A stretch of DNA of 40,276 nt from Chiloscyllium plagiosum (taxonomy: Eukaryota): NCBI RefSeq assembly GCF_004010195.1, contig NC_057752.1, positions 10,852,865 through 10,893,140 on the forward strand. The letters are read 5' to 3'. A model generated the notes under the pieces. The model made no database searches. It was given only the letters and a program-made list of their open reading frames with translations, and was not told the origin of the DNA. Below are positions 11,997 through 23,434 of the stretch, piece after piece (position 1 is the first letter of the stretch; each line of letters opens with the position of its first letter). Position numbers and translations under genes: made by a program.

Positions 11997-12254
11997 GGGG
12001 CGACCTGAGCAAAGGTTGCTAATTAGTATGTTTGGCATGCTTCGTAAGACAGGAAGCTGAATATTAATGAGGAGAGTTGAGTAGAAGGCATTTAACAAGC
12101 TATAAGACCCCTCAAATGACAATTGGTCACTGGATAGCAAGAACCTTACCTCTGCAGCAAGTTTCTCCTGACGACAAGGTTGGACATCTTGGGTAATTCG
12201 GTCACAAACCTCACCACAGCCCTCACTATTCAGGCCCCTATAAAATTCCACCCA

Positions 12255-12480
12255 TGGCGTCAGCTTTAGTTAATAGCAGCACTCTCACCCAAATCAGACA
12301 GGTGGAGACGTAAAACTGGAGCACAAAATCTTGGCATCACCTTGTGGGAGGCACTACCGTCGTGTCGACATTTACCAGTTCAGGTGGAACTAAAAGAACA
12401 AAGGTCCTTATAACTGAAAAGGAACAGGGAATTTTGCCAGTCAATATTCATCTCTCAAATCCATTGGAACAGATCATTTG
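12255..12480 (+). mobile_element. Degenerate Deu-domain SINE (SacSINE1/AmnSINE-like)
   Basis: tRNA-like head (AGCACTCTCACC), TCAGGTGGA..TAAAAGA and CAATATT.ATC.CTCAA motifs shared with 22948 and 31182. Confidence 0.5.
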
Positions 12481-12844
12481 CGATGTCAAGACAGGTTACA
12501 GACCATGTGCTGGGAAATGTGATGAGAATAGCTGTGCACTGGTTTTTGACCAGCATAGGCTCGATGGATCAAAGGACTTTTCCCTGTCCTTTGGATTTCT
12601 ATGACTTTATGAGATCAAGTGATCATTACCTCCACTGTCTTTTGGTCAAAGAGTTAATTTTCTTTCCCCTTGCTTTTTCTTTCCTCTCTGTAAATAGCAT
12701 GTCTCAAAAACTAATGGGCAGTTCAATGAAACTTGGTATACAGATAAGCTATGGACCAAGGAAGAACGGAATAGGTTTTGGAAAAGATGTAGATCCAGAT
12801 CCTGGATGTTGTTAAAGGATCTTTTAACTTTGAGAGATTTTTTT

Positions 12845-13300
12845 TTTTTTTAATTCTTTCATAGGATGTGGGTGTCACTGGGAAGGCCTGGTTCTGTCAC
12901 CCATCCCTTATTGTTCTGGGTGGTGGTGGTAAGCTGCCTTCTTGAACTGTTCTATTCGGTGTCAGTACACCTACACAACAACAGTAAAGGAATGGCGATA
13001 CATTTCCAAGTCAGGATGGTAGGCGGCTTGGAGGGGAACCTGCAGGTGGTGGTCCTCATATGTATCTGCTGCCCGAGTCTGTCTGGGTAATAGAGCTCAT
13101 TGGCACATTCCAAGCCCATGAAGAAGCCTCAGTGAGTTACTACAGGGTATCTTGTAACTGGTATGTACTGCTGCCACTATGCATCAGTGGTAGTTGCTTC
13201 ATCTTGGATGGTATCAAGCTTTAAGAGTTATCGGAGTTGCAAGTACTCTCCAGACAACCGAAGAGATTTCTATCACACTTGAGAATTGTGCATTGTAGTT
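12845..13300 (-). mobile_element. Family-B LINE 3' end
   Basis: GGTGGTGGTAAGCTGCCTTCTTGAAC and CTTGGATGGTATCAAGCTT are reverse complements of family-B 3' motifs; T-tract at 12838-12851 is the tail. Confidence 0.7.
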
Positions 13301-13462
13301 TTCCTCTTTTATGTGATGCAGGAACCAAGATCAGCATTTGATGCCCATCCCTTTGTTGCATTTTTGATAATATTATCTAATTTATTAAGATAGTTAAAAG
13401 AGACTTCCGATAAAATTAAATAAAAGTACATTCTAGGGATAAAATATGTTTTTAAAATCTCA

Positions 13463-13747
13463 ACAGTCAACCACATTGCTTTGAGCCTAGAATCACATGG
13501 AGGCTAAACCAGATAAGGATGGCAGACCGCCTTCCCCTAAAGGAGGCTGTTGAACTAGATAGATTTCTTTTTAAAACAACAAATCGATTATGGCTGTCAT
13601 GGTCATCATTCCTGACACTAGCTCTATATTCCAGATTAATTAATTGAATTTAAAATCCACCAGATACCATGGTGGGATTTAAATCAACGTCCCTCCAGCC
13701 TTTGAATTACTAGTCCAGTGATATTAGCACTACACCACCATCACCCC
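13463..13747 (-). mobile_element. tRNA-headed repeat (SINE or family-B LINE 5' region)
   Basis: Minus strand starts GGGGTGATGGTGGTGTAGTGCTAATATCACTGGACTAGTAAT and contains GGGGAAGG..CATCCTTATC..GCAATGTGGTTGACT as at 9090-9170. Confidence 0.65.
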
Positions 13748-14765
13748 TTAGATGGTAGGTGAGCTTTCGGGTGACAGGAGAGGTGTTACTCCCCACAGAA
13801 TTCCTAACCTCTGATCTACTCTTACAGCCACAGTAATTAGATGGCTGTTCCAGATCTCTTCCTGGTAAAAGGTAAATCCTATAATGCTGACGATGGGGAA
13901 TTCAGCAATGGTAATGCCACTGAGTGCCAAGGAGTGGCTCAAAAGGTAGAAGACAGAGGGTGGTGGTGGTGAAGGGTTGTTTTTCAGACTGGAGCCTGTG
14001 ACCAGTAGAGTGCCACAAGGATCAGTGCTGCCAGCTACAGAGAGAGGCTGAACAGGCTGGGGCTGTTTTCCCTGGAGCATCAGAGGCTGAGGAGTGATCT
14101 TATAGAGGTTTATAAAATTATGAGGGGCATGGATAGGGTAAATAGGCAAAGTCTTTTCCCTGGGGTTGGGAGTCCAGAACTAGAGGGCATAGGTTTAGGG
14201 TGAGAGGGGAAAGATATAAAAAAGAGACCCAAGGGACAACAGAGGGTGGTAAGTGTATGGAATGAGCTGCCAGAGGAAGTGGTGGAGGCTGGTACAATTG
14301 CAACATTTAAAAGGCATCTGGATGGGTATATGAATGGGAAGGGTTTAGAGGGATATGGGCCGGGTGCTGGCAGGTGGGACTAGATTGGGTTGGGATATCC
14401 GGTCGGCATGGATGAGTTGGACTGAAGGGTCTGTTTCCATGCTGTACATCTCTATGACTCTGAGTGATGGGAGATATTCTCTCTTGTTGCAGATGGTCAT
14501 TGCCTGGGAATGTTACTTGCTACTTATCAGCCCAAGCCTGGATGTTGCCCAGCTTTCCTGCAGATGGACAGCTTCAGTATGAAGGACTGTGAATGGTGCT
14601 GAACATTGCAAAGCATTCCCATTTCTGACCTAATAAAGGGAGAGAATATCATTGAAGAAGCATTTGAAGACTGAAGATTTTGCTTCCCTGGACGAAGGAC
14701 ACTACCCTGACAAAACGCGAGTAGTCCGGGGAAAACAAAACTATTGGCCTCCACAAGCCACAACT
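13748..14765 (-). mobile_element. Family-B LINE RT fragment split by a CR1 insertion
   Basis: Sequence either side of 13935-14462 is collinear with 35600-35950 (AATGGTAATG..TCTCTCTTGTTG.AGATG). Confidence 0.65.
13935..14462 (+). mobile_element. CR1 fragment with internal deletion (GSVL joined to SYRERL)
   Basis: Aligns to 2200-2295 then jumps to 2808-3245; ends CTCTATGACTCTGA; GAGTG on both flanks. Confidence 0.9.
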
Positions 14766-15439
14766 ATCTTAAAATAGAAGAGAGTTTAATATAAAAAAAA
14801 AAGTCAATTAGCATCAATGCTGTGGGCTGATTGATTTAAAACGTTATTGATTCTTTTAAAATGTCATGGCTGCCAAAATGTGAACAAGTTTACAGAGTAG
14901 GTTATCGCATGTGGATTCGACTGAAGCCTCCTATGCAAGATGGGAGTTCTTAATAAAAAGATTTCTTTTTAAGTTCAGGGAAAAGCCTCAAGGAGGAGCT
15001 GCATAATTTCAATAACATTGAGTTAAAACAAGAGTGTAGAGCATTGAGTGCTCCCTGCGCTTGTTACCTCTAACACCAAAAATATGCATGTTTGCACCCA
15101 GTAGTCAGCTTGTCTGCAAATATAGCTAAAAACTAATGGTGCACTTCAACAAACTTTGTGCATGAGCTTTGGCCCAAGTGAAAACTGAATTGTCTTTGGT
15201 GAAATCCTGGAATTTTTAACTAAGAGATCCTTTAACATTGGAAAGTAGGACAAATTATTTTTTAAGAATGTTGTCAGTTGTTTAATTTGAAAGGTTGGTG
15301 TTTTAGAATATTGTGGATAGTCTCAGCAGTTGTGGTGAAATTTGTGACAGCTCTCAAAACGTGAGTAGAGTTTTCAGAGCAGAGGTTCAAAGTCAATTGA
15401 CCCAAAGCCCCTTCAGCAAGATGAAACCTCTGACCTCGA

Positions 15440-15730
15440 TTCAATTTCTCTTCGTAAGAAACTCCTGATTTCTGGAATCAATCCAATTAACCTCCTGTGA
15501 ACAGCCTCCAATGCGACTACATTCCTCCTCAAGTAAAGGGACAACAAACTGTACGGTACTCCAGGTGCGGTCTCACTAATGCCTTTACAGTTACAGCAAC
15601 ACTTCTCTACTTTCATACTCTATTCCTTCATCAATAAATGACAACATTCTATTGGCCTTTCTTATTACCTGCTGTACCTCATAGTAGTCTTCTGCGATTT
15701 ATGCACAAGGACACCCAAATCCCTCTACAC
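15440..15730 (-). mobile_element. CR1 RT C-terminal fragment
   Basis: Minus ORF contains LYLRRNVVALEAVHRRLIGLIPEI. Confidence 0.75.
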
Positions 15731-15764
15731 CAAAGCACTATGAAGTTTCTCTTGGAAATATATC

Positions 15765-15937
15765 ACGATTCCTTTACTCTTGCTGGGTCAAAATCTTGGA
15801 ACTCCCCCTCCTTAATAGCACTGTGGTTCTACCTACAGCAAGTAGACTGCGGTGGTTCAAGATGAAAGCTCACCACCACCTATTCAAGTACAACTAGGCA
15901 CAGGCAAAACGTCCACGTCCCAAGAATGAATATAAAA
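15765..15937 (+). mobile_element. Family-B LINE 3' end
   Basis: GCTGGGTCAAAATCTTGGAACTCC..GCGGTGGTTCAAGA..GCTCACCACCACCT..GAATGAATATAAAA. Confidence 0.7.
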
Positions 15938-16887
15938 GTACCCCCCACTTCACTTGTTTACTTATTCACAGGATTGTTTGCAAGACCACAAACTCGCTGT
16001 TGCATTTGCCTCTGTAACAATGACTGCACTTTATAAAGTAATTAAAAGATTTGAGTGTGAAAATATAGTTTAACATGCATCCCATCTTTTGAGACACACT
16101 TTGTTCATTATAGGTTGGTTATAAACAATACCAAAAAAGTTGGAAAAGGAAGAAATGTCAGGACAAGTCAGTCTCCCAGTAAAGTATGAGAATGTCTCCA
16201 TAATGAGCCACCCATGAACAAAATCACATTCACAGGAACTGCACATTTCCAAGACGTGTTACTGCAAATGTATTTTTAAGACAGGGAGCACGATGGAGTC
16301 TGAGTAGAACAGGTTGACATTCTCAGTTTCATATCTCCATTAGAATACAGTCTAACCAGGCAGCTGAATCTGTCTGCATGGCATGGGTCAATTATACTTT
16401 TCTCATTGTTAACTAAAGCATGCATTATGTATTTTCAGTATGTCCATTTTCTTCTCCTTCACTTGGAACCAGTTTTAAAAGCTGCACCCCAAAGTCCCAT
16501 TCTGGCCATACATTGGTTTCTTCTCTTTATAAAGGACATCCAGCATGGAAGATCAAGCCAGATCTCTCATTTGGCAGATTGTTGCTAAATCAAAAGCAAC
16601 GTTACTGAATCAACAGATAAGACTAGCCTCCAGAATTAAAAAAATAATCTTGTCAAATGGACCAATATATGGAGAATGAAATTCAATGGAGAGACATGTA
16701 GCATTATGCAAGTCAGCAATTCTTGATGTCCATTACATGATGACATGATGCACAACTCCCCACAGCCAAACCACACCGCCCCAACACCAACCCTTGAAGT
16801 TGTTAAAGAATGCCATTACTTAGGAATCCACATCTAGAATAAGTTTAATCTACAAAGTCATTACATAGAGCCTCCAAAGAAATTAGT

Positions 16888-17201
16888 GGGCGGCACGGTG
16901 GCACAGTGGTTAGCACTGCTGCCTCACAGCACCAGAGACCCGGGTTCAATTCCCGCCTCAGGCGACCGACTGTGTGGAGTTTGCACATTCTCCCAGTGTC
17001 TGCGTGGGTTTCCTCCGGGTGCTCCGGTTTCCTCCCACACTCCAAAAATGTGCAGGTTAGGTGAATTGGCCACGCTAAATTGCCTGTAGTGTTAGGTGCA
17101 GGGGTAAATGGGTCTGGGTGGGTGCGCTTCGGCGGGTCGGTGTGGACTTGTTGGGCCGAAGGGCCTGTTTCCACACTGTAAGTAATCTAATCTAATCTAA
17201 T
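16888..17201 (+). mobile_element. HE1-type V-SINE, full length and young
   Basis: A box TGGCACAGTGG 16899-16909, B box GGTTCAATTCC 16943-16953, CpG-rich, CR1-like 3' end, (TAATC)n tail. Confidence 0.95.
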
Positions 17202-17506
17202 GTAAAGTGCCTGGGTATGTGAAGCAAAATGTCGCAGCACTCTGCAACTGCAGTGAAGGAAATGTTGCACCAACCATATACCTGGTGTATGGCACAACGG
17301 TTTGGGGCTGACTGCTGAAACATTAACCTCCGTGCCCGTGGCCTTCCTAGTTGAAACATGGCTGACTTGTGACCTCAGAAGCTGAGCAGCCTCAGTCCTT
17401 GTAAGTACTTTCTGGAAGACCAGTTGGGAATACAGGTGCAACAGGCTAGAGCAGGGTGAAACCATGACTGTGCTAAACCAAGTATAGGAGAATAGGTTCC
17501 AAAATA

Positions 17507-17625
17507 TGATGTGGAGGTGCTGGTGTTGGACAGGGGTGGGCAAAGTTAAAAATCACATAACACCAGGTTATAATCCTGTGGGACTATAACCTGGTGATGT
17601 GATTTTTTTTTTTTTAAAAAACACC
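17507..17625. mobile_element. Penelope-derived hairpin element (same family as 37588) with the centre deleted
   Basis: AAAAATCACATAACACCAGGTTATA..TATAACCTGGTGATGTGATTTTT inverted arms; flanking TTCCAAAA(T/C)A duplication at 17497 and 17626. Confidence 0.75.
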
Positions 17626-17646
17626 TTCCAAAACAAACTGACTCAC

Positions 17647-17848
17647 CAACCAATTAGTTCCAAGTAGTAGTGACTGGATTTCAACATTTATTGTTGATTC
17701 TGTTTGACTGAAAGCAACAGATCCTCTGTTCTGGTCTGGTCTGGTCATAATCAAGAATCTTCAGATCTGACTTCCTCCATATGCATGAAGGCCAGGAAGA
17801 CATGATGCATTAAGAACAGCTGTTACTGCCTGGAGAAGAGCTACTTTG
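17647..17848 (-). pseudogene. Candidate exon of an unidentified decayed or non-coding minus-strand gene
   Basis: Acceptor TTTATCCTTCTTTCTTATAG, donor TTG|GTGAGT; one frame reads KVALLQAVTAVLNASCLPGLHAYGGSQI*RFLIMTRPDQNRG..LLLGTNWL with a single TGA in 67 codons. Confidence 0.3.
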
Positions 17849-18106
17849 CTATAAGAAAGAAGGATAAACCAGACATATTAGCCTCCATTGAGAGAGTTCA
17901 ATGCAGGGAATCTACATCCCAGAATACTTAAGGAAATAGCATGAGACATAATGGATGCATTGTGTTCATCTCCCAAGGTTCTATAGACTCTGGAACAGTC
18001 CCTACAGATTGGATAGCTAATGTAACCCACTATTTTAAAAAATGACTCAAAGAAAACTGGAATTAAGAGAAGTTAGCCTGATATCGGTTGTGGGTAAAAT
18101 GCTAGA

Positions 18107-18320
18107 ACTGAAAATGTGTTGCTGGAAAAGCGCAGCAGGTCAGGCAGCATCCAAGGAACAGGAGAATCGACATTTCGGGCATAAGCCCTTCTTCAGCCTG
18201 AAGGGCTTATGCCCGAAACGTCGATTCTCCTGTTTCTTGGATGCTGCCTGACCTGCTGCGCTTTTCCAGCAACACATTTTCAGCTCTGATCTCCAGCATC
18301 TGCAGTCCTCACTTTCTCCT
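18107..18320. mobile_element. Non-autonomous Penelope-type palindromic element with two opposed hammerhead motifs and a 14-bp TSD
   Basis: Arms 18108-18196 and 18198-18283 are near-perfect reverse complements; 37-nt unpaired extension; GGTAAAATGCTAGA at 18093-18106 and 18321-18334. Confidence 0.9.
18164..18196 (-). ncRNA. Minimal hammerhead ribozyme motif (probably defective)
   Basis: CUGAAGA-A-GGGC-UUAU-GCCC-GAAAU-GUC-GAUUC; 5' strand of stem I missing; the mirror copy on + (18198-18227) has a 3-nt core deletion. Confidence 0.6.
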
Positions 18321-20620
18321 GGTAAAATGCTAGAGTCCATTATAGAGAGTTAATAATGAAGCACTTTTAAAACAGTGGTAGGATCAGACAGTCAGCATGG
18401 ATTTATGAAAAGTAAACTGTACAAATCTACTGGAATTCTTCACGGATGGAATAGAGCACAGGAGTAAAGTTGATGAGGGGGAGCCAATAGATGTACTTTA
18501 TTTGGACATTCAGAAGGCTTTTGACAAAGTCCACACAAGAGATGAGCATGTAAAATTAAAGTGCTTGGCACTGGGGGTAGTGTATTGAGGCGATTAGAAA
18601 ACCACTTAGCCGACAGGAAATAGAGTATGAATAAATGGGTCTTTTTCGAAATGGGGAGTAGTGACTACCTGGGTATTATAGGGATCAGTGCTAGGACCCC
18701 AGCCATTCACAATATATGTCAATGATTTGGATGAGGGAACTAAACGTAATATCTCTAAATCAGGTGACAGAATTGGGTGGGAGGGTGAGCTGTGAGGAAG
18801 ATGTTTCGTTATGATTTGGGGAAGTTGAGTGAGTGGGCAAATGCATGGCAGATGGTGTATAATATAGGTGGAGGGGTTATCTAGTTTGGTAGCAAAAATA
18901 GGAAGGCAAATTATCTGAATGGCCATAAATTGAGGAAATTTTGGGGGGTGGGGTGCAGGGGTGTCCTCAGACTCCAGTCACATGTCAGTGCAGAAGTGAA
19001 AATGAAGGCAAATGCTATGTTGGCCTCCATCATGAAAGGATTCAAGAACAGGGGTGTCTTGCTGCAACTATACAGAGCCTTAGTGAGACTATCCCGGTAG
19101 TTTTGGTCTCTTATCTAAGGAAGGATGTTCTAGCAATATAGAGAGAGTGCAGCGATGGTTGACCAGACTGATTCCTGGGATGGCAATACTGACGTATGAG
19201 GAGAGTTATACATAATACAGAGGGTTGAATCATTTTGGACTACATTCACTGGAGTTTAGAAGAACGAGACGAGTTTTCATTGAAACATTTAAAAAATTGT
19301 AACAGGACTAGACAGGGTAATTGCAGGAAGGACGTTCCTGATGGCAAGGGGGGTGTCTAGAAAAAGGGGTCACAGTCTAAAGATACAGGGTAAACCATTT
19401 AGGACTGAGATGAGAAATTTCTTCATCCAGAGAGAGTGGGGAGTCTGTGGAATTCACTACTACAGAAAGTGATCAAACCCAAAATAGCGCATAATTCCAA
19501 GGAAAAGTTGGATATAACACTTGGGAAGAAATGGATCCTAGGATATGGGTGGTGGGTGTGTGCGTGGTGGTGGTGGTGGGCGAAGAACAGGCTGTTGTAT
19601 TGGATGATCAATAGATGGTGGAGCAGGTTCAAAAGGGCTGAATGGCATTGCCCTGCTCCTATTTTCTATGTTCCTATAACACCTATGTTTTTATTGTTTG
19701 GACATGTGTGCATGCATATAAATGGGGAGATTTATTAGTGGGTTCAAGTTTTAACTAGTGGAGTTATAGGTTGATGGTGCAATGGTTTGTCTCTAGCTAG
19801 TGTCTAATTACCTGTCATAAATTGTAATTCTGTTAAATACAGAATCCTGATCCATGCTTTCTGACAACCTTGATCCAAAAGACAGGTAAACTGGGAAATC
19901 TTTAAAATCTTTAATTTTTGTGACAACTCCAGGAATGGGGAGGCTTGATTTCCAGCACACTATCCCAGCAAGGGTAGTTAACCAACAGGAATGTAATCGA
20001 AATGAGGGGAAAATCTAAACAAGTGTTGGTAAGAGGAATTGAATCGAGTTTTGGAAGTCTGGACAAGCATTAAAAATAGACTGCAATCAATAGTAATGAC
20101 CACCTGAGATGCTTGCTGGTAATGTATTTGAACACATCTAAAGTGAATTACTCTTAGAAGCTAGGTGTTAAATATCAAATCAGTTCTGACTTGTTCAATT
20201 ATTTCCTTTTACTCTTCCCAACCCCGCTCCCAATCTTTTGAATGTACAATTTTCTGCAACCATTTTAACTTTCCTGTAATCATTTCAAATTTGTGCCCAT
20301 TTCAAATCTATAACTGTGTAAAGAAACATATTAACACCATTACGAATAACAACCATTTAAGTGAGTCAATTTGTTCTCTTGCATTTTTTGGATCAAAACA
20401 AACTGTAAATAGGGTGTTTTATAAAAGATAAAAGTCCTACAGGAGTCTGCATGTTTGTGGCCTACTTGCCTTCCTCTACCATGTTCCCAGGCCATGAGAC
20501 CTTTCTCCTTCTTTGCAGATTTGCCATGCTTCCGTCCACTTTGTTACCCTGCTTTAACTGTCTGCACAGAGTAGAATCAGTTTTTGTTTTATAAGCGTAT
20601 CCAACTACCAGCGCCATTAC

Positions 20621-20843
20621 CTTTGTATTGTCACACAATCACTCTTGCCCTCTGTTGTATAACAGTCAAGGTACTGAAGGAGTTAATGTTTGTGTTACAT
20701 TGAAATCCACCCAATCTGACAAATGTCTCTCAGTCTCTGGATAAAGACGATCATAGTCTGCATGAGCACCCAAAAAGCGTACAGCTCCCAAAAGTATTTT
20801 GTAATTATGCCTGTCTAGTAATGTAACTTTACCAAATGCTACC
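20621..20843 (-). pseudogene. Candidate exon of an unidentified minus-strand gene
   Basis: Acceptor GGTTTATTGCAG; VAFGKVTLLDRHNYKILLGAVRFLGAHADYDRLYPETERHLSDWVDFN open to a possible donor AAT|GTAACA (20699), or with two TGA to AAG|GTAATG (20621). Confidence 0.3.
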
Positions 20844-21029
20844 CTGCAATAAACCAACGTTCTTTTGTCAGGCAAATAGTGGTGTTTTAATTTACCAGTG
20901 ATCTACCCTCTACCATTGACTGTAGATGAGCCACAGATGCAGCATAAAGAAAGGTGATGATGCAGTGGTATAGTCACAGATTCAAATCCCATCACATCAA
21001 CTGGCGGAATTTAAATTTTCGGATTCTAA

Positions 21030-21135
21030 TGGTGTGGTGGTAGTGACCTCACTTCTGGGTCAGAAGGTTCTAGGTGAAGTCTGACTTTCCTGGGAGGTGT
21101 ATCATAAAATGTCTGAACAAGCTAATTCAAAATAG
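21030..21135 (+). mobile_element. Short (~115 bp) tRNA-derived SINE, degenerate
   Basis: Similar to 29531, 30537, 31038, 33436: GTGGTAGTG.CC..CTTCTG.GTCAG..CTGAACAAG.TAAT..AAAATA. Confidence 0.5.
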
Positions 21136-21344
21136 CTCAAGAAAGGAGGATTGGTGGCAATAAACAACCCAAACTGGAATACCATCTGATAGCAAGTGTG
21201 ATATCTGAAAATACAACATGATGCCAATGATGGCACAGTGAAGAATACCAGAGCCTTGTGACATAACATCTTCCAGCTCTCTTTTTGTTCTGTTCATCCC
21301 TTCCTTTTCCCAACCTCATGACTTACATACAGGCTGTTCACCTT

Positions 21345-21470
21345 GAACATCTTCCAGTTCTGACAAAAGACTATCAACCTGAAACCTTAGCTCCTTTTCT
21401 CTCGTGCTGTCTGACCTGCTGAACATTTCCAGGGGTTCGCTTTTGTTTCAGGTTTCCAGCATCTGCATTC
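21345..21470 (+). mobile_element. Old Penelope-derived fragment with decayed hammerhead-like motif
   Basis: CTGACAAAAG..CCTGAAACCTT followed by GCTGTCTGACCTGCTG..TTTCCAG..TCCAGCATCTGCA, like the right arm/tail of 18198-18320. Confidence 0.5.
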
Positions 21471-21809
21471 ATTCACTTTTCCTTGATACAGAATCTCTAC
21501 TTTTCCTGACTTGATTCAATGTTCATTCAATTTGCAGTTTTTAATCCAGAGGATGGGCTCAGTTTGAAACTTTAATCAATCAGTCTTTGCACTCTCCAGC
21601 TGTTGACCAAGCTGCTATGTATTTCAAAAACGTTTTGCAGCTTTTCCTTTTTATTAACACAAATCTGGCCCTCGTTTTCCTCTAGCCTTTTAGATTATTA
21701 TAGAATACCCTCATGCTTGACCTCAAAACCCCTGAGAAACAGAGTTCTTTCATGGACCACACAGGATGTAGGAGAAAGATCAAAAGAAAAGGAGGTTTAC
21801 TGAGCTTAC

Positions 21810-22001
21810 AAGCTGCAGAGAATCCTTCTCTTCATACCGCTACATCTCTTCTACACTTCTGTGGAATCGGAAACCTCTTTAGGATAGGTGCCTCATACAA
21901 TACTGAAAAATCAGCAGTCTCAGCTGACGATAAAAAGCTGGTGACATCGACCATCACAGGCAGCCATCAAACAGGCGAGAATGCTCCAAAGAAAGTCTGA
22001 G
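21810..22001 (-). pseudogene. Candidate decayed exon (192 nt)
   Basis: Acceptor CTTTATTGCCTTATAG, donor CTT|GTAAGC; LRLSLEHSRLFDGCL*WSMSPAFYRQLRLLIFQYCMRHLS*RGFRFHRSVEEM*RYEEKDSLQL has three stops. Confidence 0.2.
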
Positions 22002-22947
22002 CTATAAGGCAATAAAGCAAGTCCATGTGAGCTACCACTTCAGGTTATTCCTGTGGGTATCCCTTGGATATATTTCTAGCAAAATGTATGTTTCACAATG
22101 GAAGGAGAACTCAAGATGTCTCACCATAGATAATTAAGACAGATTCTGATATGGAAGAAAACCCTCGGAACAGGGGATTTCATTGAATTGAGTTTTGCTC
22201 TTGCATCTTTGAAAGAGAGCACAAATGGATGGCATTGCTGTTACTCACAACACAGCATCTGTGACACTCAATGCTGCTACAGGTACAACTGATAAAACCA
22301 TAAGCTAACATCATTCAGAGCAACAGTGGATCTACCCAAGGCAAGGTTTTAGTCAACTGATCAAAGGAAAAAGCAACAAATCTCTTCTCCCATTCCAACT
22401 ACGGGATTGGAAGTCATGGTCAATTAATTAGAAGAAAGCTGGGGAAATACCTGACGAAGACAGTCAGCATTGCTACCTCTGTACACAAACTAAATGAATG
22501 AGGAAGGTAGTGAAACAAAAGGATTCTTCAAAATATATGTGCAGCAGAGAGATAAATTAGAGCAACTTTGGTATTGAGCAGTTAGAATTTTTAAAAGCAC
22601 TTCAGAGGTCAGAGAAATGGATAATAATGTAATTATTAATCTCTCTTGCTCGGAGGTCAGCGATGATCATTTGCCAATTCTGTCATGGTAGATAAATTAC
22701 ATCTTGAAGTAGTTCTAGGAATATAGTAGTTGTTTAATCATAAACCTGGAATAATTCAACAACCTACAATTGATGAGATTCTGACAATATTTTGCTACGT
22801 TATTAACAGTGCTGTAGCCAAGAGCATACCTAATTCATAAACAGAACTGACCTGGAAAAGCACTGATTTCTGAGACATCACAGACAGAAAGCACAAGTGA
22901 ATTGGAATTAGAGAGGAGAGAAAATGTGGGAACAGGACAGTACTAAG

Positions 22948-23135
22948 AGTGCTGCACTGCGCTATATTTCAAATGAAATATTAAAATAAGGGCTCATCTA
23001 TCTACTCAGGTGCTAGTAAAAAGATCCATGATACTATTTCAGGAAAGAATTTTGGAATTATATCTGTAGACCTGGCCAATACTTATCCCTCAATCCACAT
23101 CATAGCTTATCTGATTATTATCATGCAGCTATTTA
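22948..23135 (+). mobile_element. Deu-domain SINE remnant
   Basis: GTGCTGCACTG..CTCAGGTG..GTAAAAAGATCCATG..ACTATTTCA..CCTGGCCAATACTTATCCCTCAA, typical of the Deu domain. Confidence 0.65.
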
Positions 23136-23434
23136 GTTTATCCATTATATACTTCCTAAGGTTATGACCCACTTGGGAAGGTACGCTGATTCTCAAGCCA
23201 CACTTACACCCAGGTCACCACAAAAGTTAATGACTTAATTAAAGCATGTAAAGTCTCCAATTTACCTGTCTGTTGTCACCAAAATAACAGAAAACACCGA
23301 CATGGTTCCTGAACTTAATAAGAAATACAGTGTATTACACAATTCATCCTCTGCGTTAGCAAGTCCCACTTTTAATCACACTCTACATGAGGTTTCTTCT
23401 GAACTCTCTGGTGGATCTCTGTGACTGTCTTACA

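Larger units (their letters stand above)
17905..19690 (+). mobile_element. Degenerate CR1 LINE RT/3' region interrupted by a hairpin element
   Basis: VSLISVVGKMLE, QHGFMK, LDIQKAFDKV, GSVLGPQPFTIYVNDLDEG; ends CTATGTTCCTAT. Confidence 0.85.

Noticed and set aside
12150..12237. Minus-strand open exon-like segment GLNSEGCGEVCDRITQDVQPCRQEKLAAE with GAG|GTAAGG donor
   Set aside because: Its acceptor overlaps the putative Harbinger terminus (TAAAATTCCACCC) and lacks a real pyrimidine tract; more likely transposon subterminal sequence.
16888..16960. tRNA gene
   Set aside because: The A/B boxes belong to the HE1 SINE head; it continues into the V-domain with no acceptor stem or T-run terminator.
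18108..18283. pre-miRNA or MITE
   Set aside because: Asymmetric tail, 14-bp TSD and hammerhead motifs fit a Penelope-derived element better.
20621..22001. Idea that in-frame stops are recoded or arise from systematic C-to-T editing
   Set aside because: Any stop codon can be derived from CGA, CAA or CAG, so the pattern is uninformative; stop density is near random and no SECIS was seen.
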